Counted from the first letter of the stretch, positions 1-8,848 are shown. The stretch: DNA of 48,586 nucleotides from Patescibacteria group bacterium (GCA_038061865.1 JBBTYI010000011.1:1-48586), one strand, 5' to 3'. Program-made: numbers and translations. Notes: generated by a model from the sequence alone, not told the origin.

Positions 1-1
1 A

Positions 2-286
2 TGGATAAAAGAGGCAAGAAACTTGCCTAAAATCGCACGGGAGCATGACCTTTTTTGCAAAAAGGTCATAGCCAAAGAAATCTTTGGGTCGAACCTCGTC
101 TTGGCCAACCGCGAGGCGCGCCACAGCGCGCCGAGCGGAGAGGATTTGTCGGGGGGAAATGCTTGGACGGTGCTCCGCACCGCCTCCGAAATGGAAGGCG
201 AATTTGCAGAAAGTTTGATTGTGGAGCCGGAGGTGAGATTCGAACTCACGACCTTTACTTTACGAAAGTATTGCTCTACCAACTGA
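2..286 (+). CDS. C-terminal fragment of a probable site-specific (large serine-type) recombinase; 5' end lies outside the window
   Basis: The frame is open from base 2 (WIKEARNLPKIAREHDLFCKKVIAKEIFGSNLVL...). It resembles tails I recall from CPR recombinase-family proteins and runs antisense into the tRNA-Thr 3' end. No catalytic domain is visible here. Confidence 0.5.
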   Translation, partial: WIKEARNLPKIAREHDLFCKKVIAKEIFGSNLVLANREARHSAPSGEDLSGGNAWTVLRTASEMEGEFAESLIVEPEVRFELTTFTLRKYCSTN

Positions 287-297
287 GCTACTCCGGC
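222..297 (-). tRNA. tRNA-Thr(CGT)
   Basis: Reverse complement GCCGGAGTAGCTCAGTTGGTAGAGC...TT-CGT-AA...GTTCGAATC...CTCCGGCTCCA; 76 nt with encoded CCA. Confidence 0.95.
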
Positions 298-313
298 TTT
301 TAACTTTCTCCGG

Positions 314-384
314 AGCGGGTGAAGGGAATCGAACCCTCGTTTATAGCTTGGGAAGCTATTGTACTGCCATTGTACTACACCCGC
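314..384 (-). tRNA. tRNA-Gly(CCC)
   Basis: GCGGGTGTAGTACAATGG...ATAGC-TTCCCAA-GCTAT...GGTTCGATTCCC...ACCCGCT; followed by CCG, so CCA is not fully encoded. Confidence 0.95.
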
Positions 385-396
385 TTATTACTTATT

Positions 397-789
397 TTAT
401 TTGAACGGCCTCGCAAGTCCCACAGTCCATTGCCATATCTTTTCCCACCACTTTAGTTCTGAATTAGTAATTGGCAGTTGGGAGTTCGCAATTGCGTCAG
501 CATTATACCGATTGCGGTAGACAAAGACAACGTTTTCGTCCGGTTTTTTGAAATTCAAACGCAAGCGCGCCAACTGTTCCAGATAGCTCTCATTTTTAAT
601 ATTTTCCCGCAGCTGGTCGTTTTCGGCTATGGAGTTCTCGGCTTCGCCGATTTTTTGTTTCAAGTTATCGGCCTCTTTATTGACTTGATTAACTGAACTC
701 TGGATTTTGTAAACCGAGGCGCCCAGCCAAACAACCACTGTCGCCATCAATCCAGCCAGCCACTTTGATTGTAAAATTTTGCTAAACAT
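397..789 (-). CDS. Septum formation initiator (FtsB/DivIC family)
   Basis: N-terminal TM helix, coiled coil, and YLEQLARLRLNFKKPDE matching the ExxARxxLgxxkPgE motif. Confidence 0.8.
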   Translation of the reverse strand: MFSKILQSKWLAGLMATVVVWLGASVYKIQSSVNQVNKEADNLKQKIGEAENSIAENDQLRENIKNESYLEQLARLRLNFKKPDENVVFVYRNRYNADAIANSQLPITNSELKWWEKIWQWTVGLARPFK

Positions 790-815
790 ATTACTCTTAT
801 CTTAACCCTGTTTTT

Positions 816-917
816 ATGTTTTCCAAACGAGCTATTAAGATATTTTCAATCATTGTCGCCTTTTTGACCGTCATCGCCATGGTCGCTTTTTTGCTCATTC
901 CCCTGCTGGGTTTTTAA
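816..917 (+). CDS. Small single-pass membrane protein, 33 aa (MFSKRAIKIFSIIVAFLTVIAMVAFLLIPLLGF); not in the ORF track
   Basis: ATG at 816 to TAA at 917; basic N-terminus followed by about 25 uninterrupted hydrophobic residues. Confidence 0.6.
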   Translation: MFSKRAIKIFSIIVAFLTVIAMVAFLLIPLLGF

Positions 918-988
918 TTTAGTCCTTATCGTTTCCGGTTTGAAAGCCGGTGAAACGCCCCGAGTAACCATAGTTTTTTTAGTAATCT

Positions 989-1184
989 TAGCGCCCGGCC
1001 GGGAGTGTTTTCTGGGGCCGCTGCGCCGACGGCCGAGCATGGTTTTGTCAATGACCGACCCAGCACCTTTTTGTAATCAAAAAGGTGCTGGGGAGTGTCT
1101 TGACAAATCGGCGTCAGAGCAACGGATGAGCCGAGCGCGCTGGGCGAGGCGAGGTCCCCAGAAAGCACTCCCGGCCGGGCGCTA
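989..1184. mobile_element. MITE-like element with 29-bp terminal inverted repeats and TA at both ends
   Basis: 989-1017 and 1156-1184 are inverted repeats with 1 mismatch; there is an internal perfect 15-bp hairpin (1059-1073/1078-1092). Confidence 0.7.
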
Positions 1185-2981
1185 CTTCTTCAGCATTTCC
1201 AAAAACACGCTCTGTGGAATCTCCACTCGCCCGCTTTCTTTCATTCTTGCTTTCCCCCGCTTCTGCTTTTCCAGAAGCTTTTTTTTGCGCGTCACATCGC
1301 CGCCGTAGAGATAGCCGGTTACATCCTTGCGCATGGCGCTGATGGTTTCGCGGGCGATAATCTTACCGCCAATCGCCGCCTGCAAAGACACGGCGAATAA
1401 TTGTTTGGGAATAATCCCTTTCAGTTTTTCCACAATTTCCTTGCCCTGGTCATAGGCCTCGCTCCGCGGCACCATCCGGGAAAAGGGCTCCACCAAATCC
1501 CCGGCCACTAAAATATCCAGCCGCACCAAAGCAGACACCTGATAACCGGTCGGTTCATAGCTCATGGAGGCATAGCCGGAAGTAACACTTTTCAATTGGT
1601 TATAAAAGTCGGTGACGATCTCGGCCAGCGGCACTCGGTATTTCAAAATGACAATTTCCTTGGTGAGGTAATCGGTGGCTAAATATTGATTGCGCAATTC
1701 GCCTAGTAATTTCATCAGTGAACCCAAATAGCTAGCGGGTGAAAGGATTTCCAAGTCCACCACTGGTTCTTCAATTTCTTCAATCTGCCCGGCATCTGGC
1801 AATTGCGCCGCCGATCTAATTTTTAGCTTTTCGTTTTTAGCTTTTAGCTTTATGTGATACTCAACGGAAGGAGCAGAGATAATTAAGGATAGTTTAAACT
1901 CGCGCCGCAACCGCTCACTGATAATTTCCGTGTGGAGCATGCCGAGAAAACCCAGCCGAAAACCGCGGCCCAGGGCGGGCGAGGATTCGGGCTCATAAGT
2001 CAGCGAAGCATCAGTCAGTTTGAGTTTACTTAAAGCATCTTTGAGCAAATCGTAATCATCGCCGTTCTCGGGGTAAAAACTGGCAAAGACCACCGGCTGG
2101 GGCTCTTGATAGCCAGGGAGGGGGTCGGGTTTTAGGTTATAGGTTTTAGGTTCTAGGTTAAAAATGGTATCGCCCACTCGCACTTGGCCGGGATCTTTCA
2201 GGCCGGTGGCGAGATAGCCGATCTCGCCGACCGAGAGGACGTCAGATTTTTTTAATTGAGGCGTGAAATAGCCGACCTCAATCAATTGCTCGCTGGCGCC
2301 TGAAGCGGCTAGTTTAATCTTTTGGCCAGCTTTGAATTGACCGTCAAATACTCGGACATAGGCAATCACGCCTTTGTAAGTATCAAAAGCAGAATCAAAA
2401 ATTAGGGCGCGGGAAACCAAGGTGCTAGGTGTTAGGTTATAGGTTTTAGGAGGGGGAATTTGTTCGATGATTACTTGGAGAATTTGCTCTATCCCTTCCC
2501 CCGTTTTGGCCGAAACTTTGAGAATATCTGCCCGCTCAATTGGCAAAAGATTTAATATTTCTTCCTCCGCTTCCGCCACGCGGGCGTTAGGCAGATCAAT
2601 CTTGTTAATTACCGGGGTAATTGTTAAGTGCTGTTTTTGCGCCAGGTGCAAGTTAGCCAACGTTTGCGCCTGGACGCCTTTGGTGGCGTCAACCAAAAGA
2701 ATCGCTCCCTCCACCGCCGCCAGTGAACGGGAAACTTCATAAGTGAAATCCACATGGCCGGGGGTGTCAATTAAGTTGAAAATATAGTCCTGGTAATTCA
2801 TCCTCACCGGTTGAAGTTTGATGGTAATACCTCGTTCCCGCTCCAGCTCCATAGTGTCCAAAAACTGCTCCTGCATATTTCGTTTCTCCACGGTGCCGGT
2901 CAATTCCAAAAAACGGTCCGCTAAAGTGGATTTACCCGCGTCAATGTGGGCGATAATACAGAAGTTCCGGATGTTTTGCAT
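1182..2981 (-). CDS. lepA: Elongation factor 4 (LepA)
   Basis: IRNFCIIAHIDAGKSTLADR, ERERGITIK, DTPGHVDF and C-terminal YGGDVTRKKKLLEKQK. Confidence 0.98.
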   Translation of the reverse strand: MQNIRNFCIIAHIDAGKSTLADRFLELTGTVEKRNMQEQFLDTMELERERGITIKLQPVRMNYQDYIFNLIDTPGHVDFTYEVSRSLAAVEGAILLVDATKGVQAQTLANLHLAQKQHLTITPVINKIDLPNARVAEAEEEILNLLPIERADILKVSAKTGEGIEQILQVIIEQIPPPKTYNLTPSTLVSRALIFDSAFDTYKGVIAYVRVFDGQFKAGQKIKLAASGASEQLIEVGYFTPQLKKSDVLSVGEIGYLATGLKDPGQVRVGDTIFNLEPKTYNLKPDPLPGYQEPQPVVFASFYPENGDDYDLLKDALSKLKLTDASLTYEPESSPALGRGFRLGFLGMLHTEIISERLRREFKLSLIISAPSVEYHIKLKAKNEKLKIRSAAQLPDAGQIEEIEEPVVDLEILSPASYLGSLMKLLGELRNQYLATDYLTKEIVILKYRVPLAEIVTDFYNQLKSVTSGYASMSYEPTGYQVSALVRLDILVAGDLVEPFSRMVPRSEAYDQGKEIVEKLKGIIPKQLFAVSLQAAIGGKIIARETISAMRKDVTGYLYGGDVTRKKKLLEKQKRGKARMKESGRVEIPQSVFLEMLKK

Positions 2982-2990
2982 TTTCCTAGA

Positions 2991-5450
2991 CTATTCTGGT
3001 TCGAGTTCTCTGTCCATTGCCAAATCGCCGGTATAGATGGTCTTGCCGTTGAAACTGAAACGGATTGGATCCGCGCCGGTGCCGGATTGTTTTTGCCAAA
3101 GCAAACTGTAGTTTCCGTCCGCGGCCGGCGGCGTTTGATAATTGACGATTACTGATTTGTTTTCGCCGGGCTTAATCAGCAACCAGAAACCGAACACCGT
3201 TTTGTCCGATTCCTCAAACACCTCCACCCCGGCAAAGGGGCTGAAGGCCGTCGCCTCCAGCGCGTTTAACTCTGGGTCGCTTTTGAAATTATAATCCTCG
3301 TAGCCCACCAGCGGCCGATAGTTTGTCAGCGAATGCCCCTCAATACTTTTGAACGCCGAGCCCTTGGGAACATAGACGCGGATATAAGTCGGACTGACTT
3401 TATTATAAAATCCGTATTGGGAGCTGCCGCCGTTATGCCGCCGGTTAATGGTCAGCCGGTTGTCCGAACCGCTAATTGACGGCTCCACTTGCAAGTCAAA
3501 GGAGCTGTCAATCACGGCATCGGTTTTTGAACCTCTCACGTTTGAAAAAACGATTTGGAGATAATCGCCGCTTGGTTTTTTCATTTCCCCGCCCAGACCG
3601 TTTTGCACGGCGAATTTTTCCAAGTCCGGATTGTTAAAGTAAGCCAGGATATGTTTTTGGGCGGCGGCTTCGGCCAAAATCCGGAAAATTTTCAGCCAGC
3701 CGTCGCCGGTTTGCTCTTTTAATTTAGCAAAAAGCCGCGGTTGAAACTCTTTTAATATGGTCTTGGGCTGGGCGCGATTATCGCCGTACTCAACCTCGCT
3801 TTGAATTTCGGCCAAGAAGTTTCCCCCGTCAAGCGTTAGCTTATACTGCGGCATTTCAATCGGCCCGACGATATCAATAATTTTGCCGATGACGTCGGGG
3901 GTTACCGTCAAAATGCCATCTACCAGTGAGCCGCCGCCTTTGCGATAAAACTCCTGGACCTTACGGGCCGAGACGGGAAAATCGGCAAACCAGTTGGCGT
4001 CGCGCATGCCCCAGTTGGGGGTGATGTGCTGCAACGGCCGAGGCGGCATAATGTTTTCTTTCAGCTGGCCGTCAATATTATAAGTGTCGTCCACCACTAC
4101 CTCCTTGAGCATGCCGTCGGCAAATGTCACCAAAGCATAACTGCCCGGAAAGCCGCCGGTGGGTCTTAACTCGCTGTTGTTTTGGAGTAAAACTAAATAT
4201 TTTCTGGTTCCTCCGCTGCCGACCACGCCCAGCAAAAAATCAGTATAGTCAATGGCGCTGCCGATGTATTGCTGAAACTCGGGAATTTTTCCTTTGAAAT
4301 CAATAAAAACCTGCTGTTTGTCGGGCGGCAGCAGGCTAACGTCTATATCCGCCAGTAGTGTACCGGCTTGGTTGATGTTTTTATCGGCAAAAACCAAAAC
4401 TTCCTTAAGTTCGCCCATCAGTTTGCCGGTCGGTTCTTGAGTTAAAATATTTAGCTTGGAAAGAGCGCCGGCCGCCAGTGATAAATTCTCGCCGGCTTTA
4501 GCCAAAAGTTTGCCCGCTTTGGTTAAATTGTTAGCCGACTTTAATTTTTCCAGGCCCGGCAGGTTGCCGAAGTTGGACAAAAAAGAAGCCCCCAGGCCGT
4601 TTAGGCTAGCGGCTACCTGTTCAAAATCGTCGTAGGCTAAGGCAAAATTGTCGGCCGCCTGCCGAAAATTAAAGTCGGTTAGATTGGCTTTAGCCTGCTC
4701 CAGGTTAGCCACGGCCCGATTGCCATCCTGCACGATCTCATTTTTGAAATTCAGTCCGTTCTGGTAGAGCAGGGTACCGGCCAGAAACAAAACCGCCAAG
4801 GATACGGTCATTATCAGCCGTTTCCGCCGCCAAGCATTGCCAAATCGGAATCTTTTTTTGTCTTCCCGTTTGGCTGTTCGGAGCACTATTTCAAGTTCGG
4901 CTCCGGCACTGGAAAATTGACTACGCGCCTGCGGATAAACATAGCCGGCGGGAGTATCAATTTTTGGCGCTTGCCAGAATTGTTCCAACGGCGCTGGGCG
5001 GTACGGCTTGGATGAGGGTGCTAATTGGCGGCGCGCTTTAGCCGACTCGGCGGAAACAGTAATTTGGGTCTTTTTGCGCTGCGCATACAAGCGCGGACGG
5101 GATTGCTGGCGGGGCGCGTGCAGTTCGCCGCCGACTCGGGCCAATTCAGCGGTTACGTCAACCGGCTGGGAAATCAGCTTTTCAAATTCTTTCAAAACCA
5201 GCAGTTTTGGATCGGGCGGCGGCGGAGATGTTTCAAAAATTTCAGCCACTGCGGCCGGTGGGGCCGGCTTTAACGTTTTTGCTCTGGCCGGGCGAATCCA
5301 CGGCGTCGGTTCTGTTTTTGCTAATTCAACTTTCTCTCTTAAATTCAACTCTTGTCCAATTGCCCCGATTTTTTCAAAATTCAAAACTCCCGATTCAGTC
5401 ATCGGTCGCACATCAAACAATGCCTCAAGAATATTTCTGGTCGGAGGCAC
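2991..5450 (-). CDS. DUF4012-domain membrane-anchored protein
   Basis: TM segment near aa 213-228, then YLVLLQNNSELRPTGGFPGSY and RDANWFADFP motifs. Confidence 0.85.
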   Translation of the reverse strand: MPPTRNILEALFDVRPMTESGVLNFEKIGAIGQELNLREKVELAKTEPTPWIRPARAKTLKPAPPAAVAEIFETSPPPPDPKLLVLKEFEKLISQPVDVTAELARVGGELHAPRQQSRPRLYAQRKKTQITVSAESAKARRQLAPSSKPYRPAPLEQFWQAPKIDTPAGYVYPQARSQFSSAGAELEIVLRTAKREDKKRFRFGNAWRRKRLIMTVSLAVLFLAGTLLYQNGLNFKNEIVQDGNRAVANLEQAKANLTDFNFRQAADNFALAYDDFEQVAASLNGLGASFLSNFGNLPGLEKLKSANNLTKAGKLLAKAGENLSLAAGALSKLNILTQEPTGKLMGELKEVLVFADKNINQAGTLLADIDVSLLPPDKQQVFIDFKGKIPEFQQYIGSAIDYTDFLLGVVGSGGTRKYLVLLQNNSELRPTGGFPGSYALVTFADGMLKEVVVDDTYNIDGQLKENIMPPRPLQHITPNWGMRDANWFADFPVSARKVQEFYRKGGGSLVDGILTVTPDVIGKIIDIVGPIEMPQYKLTLDGGNFLAEIQSEVEYGDNRAQPKTILKEFQPRLFAKLKEQTGDGWLKIFRILAEAAAQKHILAYFNNPDLEKFAVQNGLGGEMKKPSGDYLQIVFSNVRGSKTDAVIDSSFDLQVEPSISGSDNRLTINRRHNGGSSQYGFYNKVSPTYIRVYVPKGSAFKSIEGHSLTNYRPLVGYEDYNFKSDPELNALEATAFSPFAGVEVFEESDKTVFGFWLLIKPGENKSVIVNYQTPPAADGNYSLLWQKQSGTGADPIRFSFNGKTIYTGDLAMDRELEPE

Positions 5451-5453
5451 TTT

Positions 5454-6536
5454 TTAATTATACACTATAGCGAGAATTTTTTCCTTGAAGACCTGCTTAT
5501 CAAATTTGAGCGCGTGTTCCCGGATTTTGTCCGGTGCAAAGCCGGTTTCATAATAGCGGCCGACAGTTAAAGCCAGATCAATCTCGCTTTGTTCGTCAAA
5601 AAACACCCCGGTTTGGCCGTCGACCACTGTTTCCAGCGCGCCGCCGGCCCGGTAGGCAATCACCGGCCGGCCGGACGCCATCGCTTCCAGCGGCACCAAG
5701 CCAAAATCCTCCTCTTGGGGAAAAATCACGGCTTGGCATTTCGCGTAAAGTTCAGGCAGTTTGTAATCGGAAACTAGGCCGAGAAAGATAATATTAGCAT
5801 TGCCATTGGCTAGCCGTTTCAAGCGGTTCAGCTCGGGCCCGTCGCCAACGATAATGAGTTTTTTGCCGATGGCGTTAAAAACCTTGACCGCCAGGTCAAA
5901 GCGCTTGTAGGCGACCAGTCGGCCAACCATCAGAAAGTAGTCATCTTGCTTGGGTGAGACGTGGTACTTACTGACATCAATGGGCGGGTAAATAATGCTG
6001 GCTTTCTGCTGATAATATTTTTTTATGCGCGTCCGCACAAACTCGGAGATAGCCACAAATTGGTCCACCCGCAAAGCCGCTTCCTTGTCCCAGATGCGCA
6101 GATAGGCGATAAAAGCGGGGATTAGTTTTTTAACCGGCCAGGGATATTTGAATTCGTCTATGTAGCGGTGGCTGTCATCCCAGAGAAAGCGAGTCGGCGT
6201 CAGGCAGTAGTTGATGTGGCGGGTGTGCGGCTTGGTGATAATGCCTTTGGCGAACGACGCCGACACCGACAGCACCGTATCAAAGTAGGATAAATCAAAC
6301 TGTTCGATGGCCAGCGGCATCAGCAGCGGAAAAATCCGGTGATGGCGGCGGCTGAAAGGGATTTTTTGGAGAAAAGAGGTGTGAATTTCGCGGCCCTTGA
6401 ACACTCTACCGGTGGCGCGCTCATCATAAAGCAAAGTATAAATCGGCGCTTCGGGAAACATTTCGCACAGTGTCTCCAGCACCCGCTCCGCCCCGCCGTA
6501 TTGATTTAGGTAATCGTGTACTAAAGCGATTTTCAT
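5454..6536 (-). CDS. Glycosyltransferase family 4
   Basis: MKIALVHDYLNQYGGAERVL and EDFGLVPLEAMASGRPVI. Confidence 0.93.
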   Translation of the reverse strand: MKIALVHDYLNQYGGAERVLETLCEMFPEAPIYTLLYDERATGRVFKGREIHTSFLQKIPFSRRHHRIFPLLMPLAIEQFDLSYFDTVLSVSASFAKGIITKPHTRHINYCLTPTRFLWDDSHRYIDEFKYPWPVKKLIPAFIAYLRIWDKEAALRVDQFVAISEFVRTRIKKYYQQKASIIYPPIDVSKYHVSPKQDDYFLMVGRLVAYKRFDLAVKVFNAIGKKLIIVGDGPELNRLKRLANGNANIIFLGLVSDYKLPELYAKCQAVIFPQEEDFGLVPLEAMASGRPVIAYRAGGALETVVDGQTGVFFDEQSEIDLALTVGRYYETGFAPDKIREHALKFDKQVFKEKILAIVYN

Positions 6537-6592
6537 CAACCCGAGCCTAACAGAACTGATTTAAAAATAAAAGTGTTGCATTAGTTACCAAC

Positions 6593-6628
6593 ATAGACAA
6601 AATTATACGATCGTATAAAATTGTCTAT
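6593..6628. repeat. 36-bp palindrome, copy 1; abuts the ATG of the PaaX/Cas2-like gene and contains a TAGACA-N16-TAAAAT promoter-like arrangement
   Basis: ATAGACAAAATTATACGA|TCGTATAAAATTGTCTAT, with 2 mismatched pairs. Confidence 0.9.
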
Positions 6629-7171
6629 ATGAGTAGCAAAGAAAAATTCTTCTCGATTAGTCGGGCAATTTTGGCAACTTTGTGGGAGGCCGGAGAGATT
6701 ACCATCAAAGGGTTCTTCCCCCACCCCTATTATCACCATTTTTGCCACCATCGGAAGAAACTGTCCATCCACTCGAAATTTTATACTCTCAAAAAAGCCG
6801 GACTGATTAAGAAAAGGGGGGCCGATACTTTTTCTCTGACGCCCCGGGGGCAAAAAGAAGCATTTTGGTCAGCACTCAATGCCAAATTAGTTCTTCATGC
6901 TCCTCATCGGCAAAAGTGGGATGGCTATTGGCGGATAATATTTTTCGATATACCGGAAAAGAAAAGGCGATTACGAGATGATTTACGTCAAATTTTAAAA
7001 ACCCTTGGTTTTAAAGAACTCCAACGCAGTGTTTGGGTCACGCCGTATAAAATCCCGGAACTGCTAAACGAATTGCTATGGGAGGAAAAAATAAAACATT
7101 ACACGCGTTTCATTACGGCGAAGGAAATCGACTATGATCGAGATCTTAAGAAGCACTTCAAATTCATATAG
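6629..7171 (+). CDS. PaaX-like protein: wHTH-like N-terminus plus Cas2/VapD-like C-terminal domain
   Basis: LKKAGLI...FSLTPRG, then KWDGYWRIIFFDIPEKKRRLRDDLRQILKTLGFKELQRSVWV. Confidence 0.85.
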   Translation: MSSKEKFFSISRAILATLWEAGEITIKGFFPHPYYHHFCHHRKKLSIHSKFYTLKKAGLIKKRGADTFSLTPRGQKEAFWSALNAKLVLHAPHRQKWDGYWRIIFFDIPEKKRRLRDDLRQILKTLGFKELQRSVWVTPYKIPELLNELLWEEKIKHYTRFITAKEIDYDRDLKKHFKFI

Positions 7172-7205
7172 ACAAAATCATACGATCGTATGGTTTTGTC
7201 TATAT
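7166..7205. repeat. 40-bp palindrome, copy 2; overlaps the TAG stop of the PaaX/Cas2-like gene
   Basis: ATATAGACAAAATCATACGA|TCGTATGGTTTTGTCTATAT, 1 mismatched pair; 31/36 identical to copy 1. Confidence 0.9.
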
Positions 7206-7240
7206 AAAGTCCACCTGTAAATATACATAAAATATAAAAG

Positions 7241-8626
7241 TCAAACCGCTGAGCGGTCGCGGAAAAGTTTTAGAAAAGTCAGAATTAAAATTTTGATGTC
7301 TTGTCCCAGTGACCAGTTTTCAATATACAAAGTATCCAAGGCGACTTCTTTTTCAAACGACAGATCGGAACTGCCGGAAACTTGAGCCAAACCGGTAACG
7401 CCGGCTTTAATCGCCAACACCCGTTTGTGATGTTTCTGATATTTTTCAATTTCGTCCGGCTGGTGCGGGCGCGGGCCGACCAGCGAGATGTTGCCCTTGA
7501 ACACATTCCAGAATTGGGGCAGTTCGTCCAGCCGATAGCGGCGAAGTACGCGCCCGACCTGCGTTACCCGCGGGTCATTTTTCATTTTAAAAAGCGGGCT
7601 GTCTTGGCGCTCGTTGAATTGCGCCAGGTAAGGTTTCAGCGCTTCGGCGTTCTTGATCATTGAGCGAAACTTGAGCAGATTAAATTCCTTGGTGCCGCTC
7701 ACCCGCCGCAGACGGACAAACACCGGGCCTTCGCTTTGCCATTTGACAGCCAAAGAAATCACGGCAAATATCGGCAGTAATACCGCCAGACTGAACAATG
7801 CCCCCAAAACATCCAAGCCTCTTTTTATGACTTTGCCCCAGCCGTCCAGCGCCGTGCGCTTCAGTTCCAAAAGCGGCGCTCCGGCAATCGTGTCCACGGC
7901 AAAATTGGTGGTCAGCGTTTGATAGAGATTGGGGACGAATTTGAAAACCAGGTGCTGTTCATGACAAAAGTCCACCAGTTCCACAACTTTATCGGCGGGA
8001 TAATTGGGATTGGCCAAAATCACCTCATCCACCCCCGGATTGCCGATAGCCGCCTTTATTTCCCCCACTTCCGGGTTGACCAAGTGTTTAATTATCCGAT
8101 AGCCGTAAGCGGGATTGGCTCGGATATCGCTAACCAGGCGCCGGGAAATTTCGTCTTCGCCGATAACCATCACCCGGTGCACGCCCAAGTCGTAGCGCGA
8201 CACCAGATAACGTTGGAGATAGCGCATTACCAGTCGTCCGAATGACACAAACACAATCGCTAACAGCCAGGCGCCTAACACCAGAAAACGGGAATTGAAC
8301 AGTTCGGCCCGCAGGAAAATATAGACAATGACGGCCATAATCGCCGCCGAGGAGGCAATCGCTACGCGCGCCAGTTCGGTAACGGTCTTGTGCGTGCTGG
8401 GCAGGCGGTAGAGGCCAGACAGCGCATAAGCGCCGACAAACAAACCGGAAACGGCCAGTACCAGCAGCAGATAGCGGTCAAACGGCAGGTTGAACTCAAA
8501 CAGCACCGGCCGGAAAGCCGACAGGATGCGGGTGCGCAGAAAATAGGTGGTAATGCCTGCCAGCACCAGCATCAGCCAGTCCACCGGCAGGAGCAGGACA
8601 CTGAAAATCAGCTCGGCTTTTTTCAT
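7241..8626 (-). CDS. Polyprenyl-phosphate glycosylphosphotransferase (WcaJ/CpsE-type sugar transferase)
   Basis: Four N-terminal TMs and KFRSM, NDPRVT, LDELPQFWNV, SLVGPRP motifs. Start moved to MKKAEL because the longer start lies within a terminator. Confidence 0.93.
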   Translation of the reverse strand: MKKAELIFSVLLLPVDWLMLVLAGITTYFLRTRILSAFRPVLFEFNLPFDRYLLLVLAVSGLFVGAYALSGLYRLPSTHKTVTELARVAIASSAAIMAVIVYIFLRAELFNSRFLVLGAWLLAIVFVSFGRLVMRYLQRYLVSRYDLGVHRVMVIGEDEISRRLVSDIRANPAYGYRIIKHLVNPEVGEIKAAIGNPGVDEVILANPNYPADKVVELVDFCHEQHLVFKFVPNLYQTLTTNFAVDTIAGAPLLELKRTALDGWGKVIKRGLDVLGALFSLAVLLPIFAVISLAVKWQSEGPVFVRLRRVSGTKEFNLLKFRSMIKNAEALKPYLAQFNERQDSPLFKMKNDPRVTQVGRVLRRYRLDELPQFWNVFKGNISLVGPRPHQPDEIEKYQKHHKRVLAIKAGVTGLAQVSGSSDLSFEKEVALDTLYIENWSLGQDIKILILTFLKLFRDRSAV

Positions 8627-8664
8627 CGGATTCACTATATACCCAAACTGGATCGGCTTCAAAC

Positions 8665-8690
8665 AAAAACTCCGCATTAGCGGAGTTTTT
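8665..8690. terminator. Intrinsic terminator downstream of rnpB
   Basis: AAAAACTCCGC-ATTA-GCGGAGTTTTT. Confidence 0.8.
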
Positions 8691-8778
8691 GCGGCTTGGC
8701 AAAGCTATAAGCCGAATTCTGTATTTGTGTGATTATTTATCTGGGCCGGCCATTGCTGGACGGCTCAAGCGGCACTCC

Positions 8779-8848
8779 GTTTACACAATCGCCAATCTTT
8801 AATTTCTAATTTAGAAATTAGTAATTAGTAATTGGTCGTTGTATAAAC
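8779..8848. repeat. Heptamer-arm hairpin element inside rnpB
   Basis: GTTTACACAA...7-bp periodic arms...TTGTATAAAC. Confidence 0.8.

Noticed and set aside
846-1308. ORFs 846-1040, 926-1168 and 940-1308
   Set aside because: They run through the MITE hairpin or antisense to lepA, with no protein-like features.
6593-7205. CRISPR array or CRISPR-Cas locus (36-bp repeats plus a Cas2-like fold)
   Set aside because: There are only two repeats, separated by a 540-bp gene, and no cas1 or effector genes.
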